Assembly: GCA_977862235.1 (NCBI GenBank)
Contig: OZ374563.1
Coordinates: 1,922,001 to 1,986,000 of the forward strand
Length of the DNA stretch: 64,000 bases
Origin: Dudresnaya verticillata
Taxonomy: Eukaryota
Direction of reading: 5' to 3'
How positions within the stretch are numbered: the stretch's first letter is position 1; the number at the start of each line of letters is the position of its first letter. The position numbers and the translations under genes are program-made. Below the pieces are notes generated by a model. That model worked only from the letters and a program-made list of their open reading frames with translations, was not told the DNA's origin and made no database searches. Shown in pieces: positions 49,753-62,679 of the stretch.

Positions 49753-52700
49753 TTACTTTTTCGAACCGTCTTCATTATTGTCGTTGAACGTCTCTATCTC
49801 CTCCTCCGAATAGCTTCTGACTTTCGAAGTCATCGAAGAAACGAAGTCGTATGCAAATGACGCTCTCTGGTTGAACCGATAAAGATTCCATGCCCTTTTC
49901 CGATCCGGTGCGACCTTGTAGTTGGGGTAAGGCCTTTGTTCAATGTATACGTCCGCGTTTCTGTGGAGGTAGCCTGGTTCCAATGACTTGACTAGATGGA
50001 CAAGTGCGAAAATCCCGCAAGAAACACCATCCAGTTGCTGCAGTCCAGTTACCGTGGCTCCACTCTCCGTGAAATACGGCCCGCTCGTAGTTCAGCGCAG
50101 AGCGGTCTTCCATGGGTGCGGCTTGCGTGAGGTGATATGCATACGTACGCCTCAATACCAGCTTGACAAGGACCATAGCAGATTCAAGTAGCTCTGCCTG
50201 ATTCGGGTCGTCGAGACTGTCGAAGATTAGGAATATAGGTGATTTGATATGAGCTGTGTTTTCGAGTTTGAAACCCAGCGAAACCCAGCGGAAAACGTCT
50301 TAGTTGTGAAACTCCTGCACCATGTAGTTAATGTCCAATCCAAACTTGCTAATAGAAACCGGCTGGTAGTGCTGAGAAGTTTTCTGGTGCATGATCATCA
50401 TATCCACTTCGTACTGCATTTGATGCGCTATACGCTTTTTGTGGATCATCCTGGAGAGCGATCCAGCGATCTTCTCTATTGATTCCGTCTTTTTACTTAA
50501 GGAGGACCGGAAGCGCACCAAAATCAATGTGTTGGTGAGTGCTCCCCATGACGCAAAACTTCTTTCACCTGATGGGAAGAATCTGCTGACCCGTTTGAAG
50601 CATTTTAAGACAAGATCGATGTATGCATCATTGCACTTGTACCTCGGGACCTCAAAAGAGGACCAAGGCCTTCTTAGAAAAGATGGATACCTTTATGCGT
50701 CGTAATGCTTTCCCTTCCCTCCGGCCTGTTCTGAACGCCATTTTTCGGTCTCTTGGGAACATCTTAATCTTCGAAAGGCTTGGGTCAAAGACTGCTCACG
50801 ACAACATCGGTAGCGTCACACAAGTTCCGTGTGGAATCAATTGATTCCTTCGCATCGTCACGTTTGACTGCCTCCGTGTCCATTCCGGTATCCTTTCCTT
50901 CCTTGGTGTTAATGGTCTTCCCTGTCCCCGCAGGCTTCTCTTTGCCTTGGAACTTTCGATTTTCGGTAGACACCTTCCCCTGCGCAACCTGCCCCTTTTT
51001 GAAGCTGGGAGGGCTTTAAAGGGCCTGTCTGCATTGGAGGGCATTCTATTCTCGGGACCTTTACCGACGTTGGCAGGCTGTGATGAAGGCTGCAGCTCTG
51101 AGTTTGTTCGCATGCATACCTTCGCAGATTTTGCGACGGATTTGTCCCTTTCCACGGCCCCATCACATTTCTTCTCATCAGCAGTGTGTGCCTTTTTCAC
51201 ATTCGCAACCTCTATCTGCTCCTTTTCCGTATCGAAAACAGAAGGAAACTTGTCTCCAGACCCAGTTCCTGTAGCACTAGAATCTTTTTCTTCATTAGTG
51301 CCGCTTCCCATCTTCGCAATCTTTACAATATCCCCAAGCTTTCCCTATTTTCCTTCATCATCTTTCTTCGTCCCCTCCACCTTTGCTACATCTCCATTTT
51401 TAGAAGCGGTTACAGTATCAATGTCGGCCCTACGAACCTGCGCCATCTCCACCATCTCCGCTTCGTTTTTAGCATTACCATTCTTAGTTTTCTACGTTTC
51501 TGCACCCGCCTTTTCGACACTAATGGTTTTGTCGGTAGTTGCAACTTCGGAGTCGGGAACGGTATTACTTATCACTGGGGTCTGGGATTGGCTTTCCCCG
51601 TCATCGCCACTGATTATTTTGGCTGTAGCTACAAATCTTATCTGGGTATTCTTCGCCGCCTTATTCCTCTTGACAGTCCTTCTATTCCTGCCAGAAGGGC
51701 CCTTTTTGCTAGCCTTGGAGCTGCTAGATCTATCTTCGGCCGTTCTGCAAGCCGCGCTTTTGCTTCCCTTTGTTTCCATCACCACATCTTTACCTGTCCC
51801 TGACTTCATGGTTTCCCTTCTACCTTTTCCTGCATCTTTATTGTTACCGTTCATCTCAATTGTTGAGATTTCCTTGGCGCTCCTGCCGGTGCTCGTGGCG
51901 TATCTGCCAGCAGCACTCGTCTTTCCCTGAGTGGTCATCATAGCAAGCTTATCTGCCCCTGATTTCGTGGTTGACTTCTTACCTTTCCCAGCATCTCCAG
52001 TATTACCGGTTGTCCCAGCTATTGGAATGAACTTTTCGGAAAGCTCGTCATCTTTGCCATTATGTACAGTGAGAGGTGAAACCACATTACCAGCCGCCTC
52101 CGCACTGCCAGCCGCCTCATATGCAGTCGCAGCGCCAAAACCCGCCCCTTCTCTGTCTTCTCTTCTTACTACTTTATTACCACTCCTTTCTGCAAGCTCT
52201 AGACGGTTTTTTGATTTGGGCCTTGCCCTTTTCCGCGACACAGCTCTTGTGAGCGGGATTTCTGTACTACGCGAAACGATAGATCTAATCGCTTCGCGTC
52301 GACTAACGATATCAGCATGGTGATGTTGCGAGTCTTCCATCTCATCGGAGATCATATCATCTTCTTGCAGGTATTTTGTGGTCATATGTTTCACTAACTC
52401 CCGGTATCTGAGGGAGAACCATAGTTCCAAACTCTGGCAGAAACCCTTCCGCTACAGGACCCCATGTAGGAGCTCTATGGGCGTACTCCTCGAATGCGTC
52501 AACAGAAACGATGTCATCGTTCGATTCGTACAGTCTTTCATTCTGGTATCTCAGGTCTCCCAAGCTATTTGGAGTGACACGGCCACGCAAGAACCGCCTG
52601 AAAGCCTGTACCTCCATTTCATGTAGAGCCAGGAAGCTTCCGATCCCTCGTGCTCGATCGTCTTTATCTTCAGAAGTTTTACACGGCGAATCACGGCGGC

Positions 52701-52830
52701 TTTCTGGTTCATCGCTTTCTACAGACGACTCTGGCGCTGTTACCTCGTTCATAACGTCTTCGTTTCGGAGCACCGCTAGCGCTTTTGGCGTTATGCAGCT
52801 CTTGCAAACGAAAATTCGAAAGAAAGGCAA
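49753..52830 (-). pseudogene. Large fragmented unknown gene with a central Lys/Thr/Gly-rich low-complexity region
   Basis: Chain of overlapping frameshifted ORFs 52357..52923, 51492..52430, 50796..51311, 50300..50527, 49940..50176 and 49753..49983. Confidence 0.5.
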
Positions 52831-52870
52831 CGCTTGGTAATACCAACAATATTGGGAGTATTTGCCGCTG

Positions 52871-52925
52871 TACGCCTTCGAACGCCGTCGCACGCCGTCG
52901 CACGCTGTCGCTCGCTGTGACACGC
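52871..52925. repeat. 10-bp tandem repeat (CACGCCGTCG-like), about 5.5 copies
   Basis: TACGCCTTCG AACGCCGTCG CACGCCGTCG CACGCTGTCG CTCGCTGTGA CACGC. Confidence 0.8.
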
Positions 52926-53391
52926 AGATATAATCCTAGAAGAGTAAACAGACGGTTGAAACACAAGAGACCTGGTGAGGCTGGCCAGCCTCGCTCCGGA
53001 GTTGACTGATATACAACGGGAGAAGGAAGATTGTACTTCCCAGGCGGCGGGGCCACAATTATTCACTCGGAAAATAAGGAACGCCAAATGGCCTCTGTGG
53101 CCTTGGTTCCAGCAATCTCGTTTTTGCCGCCTACGTTGGACCAAGGGCCAGATATTGTTGAATAAAACTTCCAAGTCTTGTTTCTTGCGGCTACACCGAA
53201 CACCGGTATTACAGTGGGCCACCGTAGCCCGTCATGACGACATAAAGGAACCTCGTATTCTAGGCACGTGATCATTATTTGTCGTGGCCCACGTCAAAAC
53301 TGCGCCCACCTTTTTCCAGTACTGTGCAGATATGATGTGGGCCACGACCTTATTGCAGGTTCAAATTATAGTGGGAAAAATGTAGATCGCT

Positions 53392-54420
53392 TTATTCGTC
53401 CTCGGACTTATTTTCGATATCTGCCCCGCTTATATCTACGCTCTCGCCGTCAAAATGGTTTCTGTGCTTGGCAATAATTGCTTGAAGCTCGTCCGACAAC
53501 TGCTGTTCCTCCCAGAGCTGATTCAAATTCAACGACATTCCTGTCATGATCAGGTCCTTCCGCGCGTTCAAAATTCTATTTCCGTCGCGCATGTTGTTAA
53601 CTTCGCGGACATTCTGCACCGCAAGTCGCAGGAAAAGTCTTCCCTGGGTTGCGCAGCTTGCCGCTTCCATTTCCGTCTGCAGCGTCCTTCCAATCTCCTC
53701 TTTTGATACACTCCGCTTTGTAACTGTCCTGAGGCCCGCGCCACACCTGCTTATGTTTTGAATAATAAACGAGTCTGCTCGTTGAACCAAGCGGGTAGCA
53801 TTGGGCGGAAACATTTGAAGCGTGGTGCGTATCTTACGCAATATCGCGATTACATCCTCTCCAGTTGTATGGAAAAAGCCGTTTTCCACGTATGGAACTC
53901 TGCGATTCGAATTCGGAAGTGCAGTTCTGGCGCGCGGCTCTAAGCCAGTCATGCCACACCGAGCTGTCCATCCATCCCTCTGCTACGTTGTGTAGCCAAC
54001 ACCGGAAACATCGTCCCGGACACCGCGAACTGGGTATGATCGACGATCGTTCTGGAAAATGAGCAATGGTCGATGTATGCAGGCATTTGGACCACCACAT
54101 AAGCGGACCATCATAGTAATCGCATCACCACCCAACACCATGTCAGCATATTTGACGTGTTTGTCGCCAATAAACCCGAGCGTCTTCCTACTGTCCATAT
54201 TAAAGACAAAATGAGTCTTGTCAGCATTTTAGACGTGGTTCTCATTCAGAAGCCCTGATTCGAATCCACACTTGAGCTGTCCCAGATGAAAAGCAACCGA
54301 TCGCTCTATAAGAAGATTCTGCTCCGGGATGGCCATTAGTTTCCCTGTTTGAGCTCATACGACTATCTTCTTTGCTCTCATGAAGTTCTGCAACCACCGA
54401 AATGTAATTTTGTCAGCAAT
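53392..54420 (-). pseudogene. pogo/Tigger-like DDE_1 transposase remnant
   Basis: ITFRWLQNFM (CENP-B HTH end), NADKTHFVFNMD, PLLIFQN, GWMDSSVWHDWL, YVENGFFH, FPPNATRLVQRAD. Contains stops and frameshifts. Confidence 0.8.
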
Positions 54421-55971
54421 GGGCACTCCATTGTCCAAGGTTGTGTGATGATAATGAGACAAAATCGGCGATTTGAGCTAATCTAGAGCTATTATTTGAA
54501 ACGATGAGGGAGGAACAAGGTAAATGATAGGGAAAAGGTGCGGAGGGAAAGCTGTAAAAGTTCGTAGTGTGTCAATTGTTGAGTTGGTTGATCATGTGAT
54601 GCCGTGATTCAGACATGATGATAGAATGTTGTCCTATGTATGGAGTTCGAGCTCCGCTCTGTCACTAGAGACATGAGCCTAAACCTATGCATCTACTTCT
54701 ACGAACGATAATTTGTAGATAGAGTACTGTTTGAATAGAGCTAGAACTCTACAAATTCTTGAAGCAATACAATGCTTTCATGAAGCAACCAGTGCACGGG
54801 CAGAAGACTGTTTCTATTGACAGAGTGCTTGAATATTATTAACGGTAGATAATAAAGGGTGAATCGTTTCACAGCACAGTGACTGTTCTGTTGCCACAGT
54901 GCTTGAAGAACAGAACGGAAAACAATAAAGAATGAACCGTTCCATGGTACTTTGACGGTTCCTGTTAATGTTGTTCATAATGAGAGCTTGAAGAAGTTGG
55001 GCCATAACGGCCGCAAATATTCAATTCTACAGTTAGTGGCCGAGGTTATCCCTGTCGGCCATAATATCTACTTGTGTTCCGGCGGCGGACCATTGTAAGG
55101 CCCTTTCGAGACTAAACCAAGTACTTGTGCGTTAATGGTTGGCCATGCGAGTTAGATTTTCCCTTGATTTTTCCACTGTCTTCCCTTTAATTCACCTTGC
55201 GGCCAAATCCAATTTCAATTTGTGTCTGGCCGCAAATCGGATCATACGTGTACAGCGGGCCACATGGTGCGCTTCGGTGTCGTAGGTGGCAATGTGTGAG
55301 CCACGTGTACAATCGGTGGCCACGTTTCATGCTTTTGCACGCTCACCGCCGTCCGCGCGCCGACGTCACGACTCCATTGGCCAAGTGTAATCGTTTGGTT
55401 GGGCCGATCGTACAGTTGGCCCGTCGAGTTGCTTCCTTTCGGTGGCCCCCTTGCCGTTGCACCACAGTTTCTAGCAGCTGATCTCCGAACTTCCGAACCT
55501 GACATCCAAGAGTTATGAGAAAAGAATGGCTGTGAAGTTACTTTTTGAGACCCGATAAACCACAAACGCATTTAACGGTTAATGAGGCTGAGAAAGAATT
55601 TTCTAGTACATATATTTATTGTTCATTACAAATATTCTTGGATGTTGCAACTCTTACCGCGAGGCCAGTAAATGTTAATACCCACGGACAAGCTACGCGG
55701 AGTTTAATATTACCGGAATCCAGGGCGATATGATTTTGGATCCAAGGAAAACAATCGATACTATTCTTGAGATAGGAAGCTGTTGATACCAATCAATGGA
55801 CCACCTTTACCTTGAACACGCTTTCATGTACCATGATTCTCATGAACATGATTCGCATGATTCCATGTAGTAGAGTTCCCATGAACATGATTTCATACGC
55901 GCTTCGAACGAAAAACCAGTTATATGCATATCATAGGCCAATCTGTAACCACTTTTATAGTGAAGCAATTA

Positions 55972-58900
55972 CTAAGAACAACAAGGGCATGTCAGGAGGA
56001 GGCAATGATGATATGCTCTGCTCAGATCAGTCTCGGAAACGTCAATCTGTCTGCTCGGAAAACGAGGAGAAAGCCTCGTTTTGGCTTTGAGGTTCAAAAT
56101 TGACACTTGATATGCTATTAGAGCGATGAAGAAGGCCTGTGAGCAGTAACAGAGGCTCTTCTCGATTTCTGAAATTGACCAACTCCTCTGCTCATGAGCA
56201 ACTGTATTAGACATGTTCAAATTGTCGTGTGCTGTAGGGAAGTAACTTGGCGAGAAATTGTAATTGAGTGAGTGAAGAGCGTGTGACGAGATATTTGTAC
56301 CATCAATTGCCCACTAAAATGCATGCGCAGCACTGTTGAATAATCCGCAAGCAAAGTCATACACAAGTTCTCCCGGAATTTTCGTAAATCTCGGATCAAT
56401 CACATCTCGTACAGACCTTGGTCCTTCGCTCTTCTCCAATACCGTGAAATCCATGATAACTGGTGAAGAACACGAACAACAACAAAAATTCAGCGCGCTA
56501 GGAATATAACTCTTGTTCTTCTGCAATCAGATTTTTGAGTAGACCCCGAATCCACCACCGTGGGAAACGTTCTTCAGCTCATCATTGTAGGGCATGGCCC
56601 GCAATTGAGGGTTAGCGGGGAAAACCACTCCGGCCCTGCATGCGAAAGCATATTGATTGCCGATGTTATCTTCCAGTCTACCAGCGAGAGGTATCTCCAT
56701 GTACGTCTCCCGAAGAGCTGCTAAATTTGTATCGCTGCATTACTTTCCGAAGCTGGAAGCCTGCATTCAGTAGTAGGCAATCTGTCATGGAAAGAAAAGA
56801 AGTCACCTACTCTTCTCGCGACGTCATAAAACTTCATCCCAAGGCAGCTCAGAAACGTTTCTGCCAAATCCTCGAAATACAAAACAGCCGAAAGACCGCC
56901 CTGGAGTAATCGTAGAAACCGCAAATTATTCTCCTCCATATGACTCTCGAGAACGCTCGTTGCTGAAGTCGTAGTGCCTTCTAGGGCCTTCTTGACATGC
57001 TCAACACCACTCAGGCCTGAAGCATTTCTAAGACTCCGTAGCTACATTGTCGTAAGTAGCGGTTTCCAAGGAGCCTGTAGTAGAGCCTTGAACAAAAGAG
57101 GCAAGTCATGATGACCGGCCTTAAGCCAATCTTCTTCTTGATCTCCTTCCAAATTAGATTCCTTATTCCACGGCACATCTTGGTCAACTAGAGGTACAAT
57201 ATTAGGCCTGGATAAGTAAGATTGCACTACGTTCTTAGCCCTCCTGTGTGCTTCATCCATAGGTGAAGTTCTGCTCCGACACGGCGCGCGAGTCTCGCGA
57301 GACGGTTTCGACAGGTAGTTTTCTATTGATCTGCAGAACCGCTTCAGCAGTACATTCTCGTCAAAAAGGAAGAATTGTGAGTTGTCTCAGCCTCTTGAGC
57401 ACGCAATCTGCGACGTCATCACTGCAGTCTCCAGCATTTATACCTCATATGGACTCTTGGTAGTAACCGGTCGGAAGAAGATCCGGGCTGACTATACGGA
57501 TTGCAGATACACATGCTGAGAAAGTCTGACTATTGATAGTAGTTGTCGATCCCTGTGTAGCAGAGATGAGTAGCGTAGCTGTATGTTCACGGCGAACCAA
57601 TCCGCAAAGAGGCCGTTTCCGAGCTGTATTCCTGGATACTGCCCGAGAAATACTCAAGGCCCCGCACGGGTGGGACAGGTTGGTAAACTTTCTGCGCAGT
57701 CGCTTCTGATGACCACTACATATCCCGTCAGCACAAACTGCATGAATCCTACCAGCCTGCGTCTCACATGTTGAGCACTTGAACAGACTCGGAGGAGGAG
57801 CAACAACATCAACTTACACATTACCACGCACATATTCTGTATCAGCCTAGCAGAGCGCCACCCATGCTGTACTTGCAGAATGTCAGCATTATCGGAAATA
57901 GTTCTCGGCTTTTTCTCTGCCCAGACGTTTTGAGTTGTGCTAATAGACGCCTGGCATAGGAAAGAAATTCTATCCCGTATTTTTCTCTCCATATGCTTCG
58001 CACAGTGCAAACGCGCTGTGGAAATAGTGGATACCTCCTCAGCGACACCCCGGGAACCAAATCAGCATCGATATTAGAAATCATTTGTGAGGGAAACTGC
58101 TGAATAGTCCGCCTATTGTCGCATTGGGAAAGGACATGCCGGTAATAATATCCCGTAAAAGCACATATGTCGCCCCAGAAGAAAATGTCAGCAATAAAAT
58201 TCCGTGGTCTCTACCGTCTCATGAAATGCTTGCGTTTCATAAAGACCCGCTGCATTCGAGTATCTCAACATTCCCTCTGCAAGGCCCAGATCTGCACAAA
58301 CCAATGCCCTCTTGTAGTTTCCTGCTGCTTTTGATGCGGGGGTTGTTGCAAACGACACAAATATTTGGAGCCGTTACCAACAGTACCTCACCTCTTTGAG
58401 ACAGTTCCAATATTTGCCTATTCCTCCTGATACCGTTAGAACAGTTGATAATTGACAACGGAAGGCTGGAGACGGACTGCGGATCTTCAATTGGGTCCCA
58501 TCCTTGAACATTGGGGGCGCTATCTTCTCACACTGTTCCTCTGAACTACTAGAACTACTAGCATTTACTGGTCCTCCATGTGAGTGCAAGGAATGAAAAA
58601 GACATACGTGCTCGCAGGTAGAAGTATTGGACAAATCACAAAACACAGATATCATGATCCCCGTTCTGTGTAGTGCGTCTTATCAGAATGTACTGCAGCT
58701 CATCTGAAGAAAGTGGATCCACCTTCGCAATCACAGTGATGTATATTACATGATGGTCCCACAAGAAAGGAAGGTCGATCAGAAACGCGGCGCAATCCGC
58801 GTCGCCATACTTCATCTTGCAAATATCGCTCAAAGCAATCGCATATTCCCTCTTAGTGACGGGTTTGCAGCAGGATATGAATCTCGAAATCTCAGTAACA

Positions 58901-59765
58901 AGGGCATCCAAGGCCTCGGCGTGGTCACAGCAAGGTTCCTTGAATGATTCCACGGCTGTACGTATTCGATAGTCTGTCCATCCAATACAAGTAATCTAAT
59001 CGCGCCCATCCCATCGATCCAGGTGCGGCATGTATGCCTTTCTCTAACCTCAGATGTAATTCCTTGTACACCAGACCGAAAAGTGTTTACAGAAGCTTCA
59101 AATCGGGCGCAGATACCAATAACTGGCCCGTGGACGAGCTCCAATCCATTTCTCTTCTCTCTCAGTGGCACGTATTTGTCTAGAAAAAGAACCATTCGCT
59201 TGCTCAGTTCGGTCGTATCAATGGTTGTATAAATGTCGCTTGACTGATTTACAACTCGTATTTGCAGGGTCTGGAGCAGTTTCGCTGAGAGCCCTTCTAT
59301 TCCGTCTCCAGAAAGGGAACGAAAGTACTTTGCAAAATGACTTTCTGGCATAATCCGCTGGCCTTCTAACGCGCCTCCCGAATTAATAGCCAGTCCCTCT
59401 CCTCTTCTGAAATCGCGGCGTAACAACACCGAGATCATGTGTTTCGAGAGGGACGGTGTGATAGGAAGAAGTACCTCTAGGATTTGAGAAATACCTCTCG
59501 AACAGATCGAAAGCCGCGCCTACACCAGAGTTTTGCTCGAGGGAATACGTCTCTGGGAACAACTTCCACCTCTCTTTTCTTCGAACTTCAGCAATAATTC
59601 CCTTAGCTCATCAGCTGTTAAATCTAATGAATGCACATCTTCACCGGCAGCAAGTTCCATTGGCTTTCCATTTTTGTCGCTGTCACAGCCATCATCTGAT
59701 TTTGAGCCCGCAGCAAAACAGAGCAGAATATCCTCGAAAGACTCTGAACATGTGTTTTGCAACAT
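55972..59765 (-). pseudogene. KDZ (Kyakuja-Dileera-Zisupton) transposase with SWIM-like and Cys-cluster regions
   Basis: HTCRTW...PCCDHAEAL (~59030-58910). CVVC cluster (58237..58458). LFKCSTCETQAGRIHAVCADG (57790-57725, my translation). FCCCSCSSPVIMDFTVLEKSEGPRSVRDVIDPRF...VYDFACGL. NTVAHEQR. Confidence 0.75.
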
Positions 59766-61720
59766 ACCGTACGGTCAGATGGACTTGGTAGGGTTTTGCA
59801 GTTCGCACGCCCGCGAGCATGAACCTGAAGTGTCTCGCTTTGTCACCAGCAGTTGCAGCTGCCACATAAAGATCCGGTCGCGGCCCTGCGCTGCTAGCGC
59901 GAAGCTTTGCGCCGGAGCGCAGCGGGATCTTAGGGAAGCACGCAGCACTGCCTAGGTCGCCGTTTTCGTGGGCTTTTGAAGGTGCGCCGCTGAACGGTGC
60001 GAGCCTGGCACACTCGCACAGTATGGAATGAAACAAACGGACTTCAAAACATGTGAGAGTATAATGAAAGAGAAACGAGAGCTCTTGTTTGTAAGCAGTG
60101 GTCACCGCGCGGGCTGCATGGACACCAGGGATGAAAGATCGCTTAAGAGATTGCTCGCGTCCGGGACGGGGTACCGCGACCTATCCCCAGACGCGTCTCG
60201 CGAAGCACGACGCAAGACAGAGATTTAATTGCGCCTAGCAATGTCACATTTCGACTTAGCCATTTAACTTTGAGTCCCAGATTTTCTGTGCCCGAGCCGG
60301 GAACTGAACGTCTTCTCTCTGCATATTTCCCATCCCTTCAAAATGACCCCGAAAAAGGCATTTTCAGAACACGAAGGCCGCTTCTCTTTGTTCTTTCGGA
60401 CCGCAGGCGTGTTAATATCACTGGAATCATTGAAATGGAATGCTGAGAACATTTTAACGAGCAATGTCAATGACATTTAGGAACCAGCGGGAGGGTTTGC
60501 TCTCATGGAATAGAAGCGAGAGCAACCTAAGGTTATTTGTATGTTCGTTTATTTCCGTCCTGCAACTTAGTATCTTGAAACAAACCACACACCGCACTTC
60601 CCCTTACCTCACTCCAGCTATCTGAGGAGAAATATTGTGGATGTTCCATGAAGTCGGAAGTAATTACTTTTTCTGTCTACATTGACCTTTCTGTTATTAC
60701 CAGTACATCTTTCTGGACAAGAAACGTGATTCCTAACTTTCAGCTTTTCTTCACTTCAACCAATTCGTAATGATTAGTGAAATCTACAAGTGGTTTGAAG
60801 CTGCTTTCTTTCGAACTTTTGCACTTGTTCAGCACCAATGTAGAAAACATGGCAATTTGGGACGGTCAGTCCTGTTCAGAGTGCAGATAAATCCCGTCTT
60901 GGATCTTGAACGGGAAAATATCACGTCGAGAGAAGTAAAAAAGTACAGAAGAGTTCATTTATGACAAAATTGTGTTCGTAGAATCGTCTATTCTAGAGAA
61001 AGTGGCAGACATAGGATATCAAATCTCTTAGACGAATTCTACAGACAAGGGAGTCCAAGAATAGCATTTTGAAGACTAAAACGTTTGCAAAACAGATATA
61101 GAAGCTTTTAAGTCTGTACAACCCAAATAAGAGAGGAAATAGCTTCGAAGCGTTTTCTCAATCCAGCATACCCATGGGTGCAAGCAAAAAGACCTCGGGA
61201 ACTACACAGAAATAATTTGTGTTGGTCCTAAAATGATATCACATGTCATATGTCGTACTAACAATTGCAGGGTGTAAGCGCCGGGAAGGAACAAGGACTA
61301 GGATGCACAGATGTGTTCATAAAGTACATCACGTGGAGGCTTGAGCCGCGGCTCACCATGGTGCATGCGGTAGAGGACCAGTGTGGGTAGGATTGGCGTT
61401 GAATAATATTAACAGTGCATGTATCTGAAAATAAGTAATCAAAAAGCATATTGCCTATTAAATAAGGTCTACAAACAAAATGTCTGAGAAATATATATTC
61501 TTGTAATGTACTGGAGCATAGCCCGGGAAAATGATGCGGCTAGGCCACTGCCTCCACGAAACCAAGACGCGGTGGATCTGTCGACAGAAAAATCTGAAAA
61601 ACAAATTTTGTGTCACCCCACACAAACCGACCTCACAACCCCCCAATCTCCTCTTGCAACCAACCAGCCGTCGCATCAGTTCCAGATCCAGGATTGATCC
61701 AATTTCGATTGATCTGAGAG

Positions 61721-62679
61721 ATGACAACTCAAAACTGCAGATCCGCACGGGCCAGCATTCTGCACATTCTGAACCCCCTCATCAGTGGGGAATCTAGACA
61801 CATGGAAGGATCAGGACGTTTCCACCTACCACTTCCTGTTCCATTTCCGAGTCAGTCCCTTGCAATAATCACTTCCAGCTCGCGACCCGCGGGTCCCTGG
61901 TCTATTCAAGGCGTGCATCGTTTTGCTTGCCGCGCGACCATAGGAATCGCGTGCTGCGGAAGGTATCACGGCCGGGAGTGGGCTGATGCGCACGTGCAGC
62001 GTACGAAGATCCCATGACCTAACTGACGTTACTATTGTTCTGTTCCCCGTGAAAGCTGTGCCAACATATTGGCAATCAACCACAGCCACAATTTGCCTTG
62101 AACCGGGGTGTCCGGAACATTGGTCAACTGTGCACAAACTGTACAGCAACCACTGCGTCCGTGATCCTGCTTTTTTGCGGTGGAAAATAGCCTGCAAGTA
62201 CCCTATTATTACTTGTTACTTTGGCAAGAAGGCCTCGTCGAGGTACCGAACGTTTGCAAATTGGTGCGGCACGACCTACTCGTATCGCGTAGGTTTGCGA
62301 AGATTCGAGTAGTTTCTTTTTCTTGTGCGCGTGCGTGGCTGCAATCACCCCAGAGTCAAAGGTTTCTTTATCTTAGGATACATTTCGGATTCAGACGCAG
62401 CTTGTCATGGCAAAAAATTGCTCGTGTTGCCTTCCAAACGTTTGGTGTACAATTGCGTCTGGATATGAATAGAGCATCTTAGGATGGATGAGAGTGGAAT
62501 TCGAGATGTAACACCTGTCCTGCAGCAAAATCCTGTAAGACTATCTGCTTCGGTTTTTCCAACCACGAGTCAGCGAGGCTCACAGCTCTCGCAAGAGCTC
62601 AAGGAGATCGGCCGAAACGATATTCTGTCGACGCAAGCTCCTAAGCAGCAGTCTTCGTATGCTCAGTTCACCGCTTTGA
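61721..62679 (+). pseudogene. Frameshifted N-terminal part of the methyltransferase gene, possible ParB/Srx-like motif
   Basis: GRFHLPLPV...WSIQGVHRFAC (61898-61930), followed by short same-strand ORFs leading into 62680. Motif is weak. Confidence 0.35.

Noticed and set aside
50947..52323. Hydrophobic + strand ORFs (327 aa, 130 aa) as membrane proteins
   Set aside because: Antisense shadows of the Lys/Glu-rich minus-strand gene.
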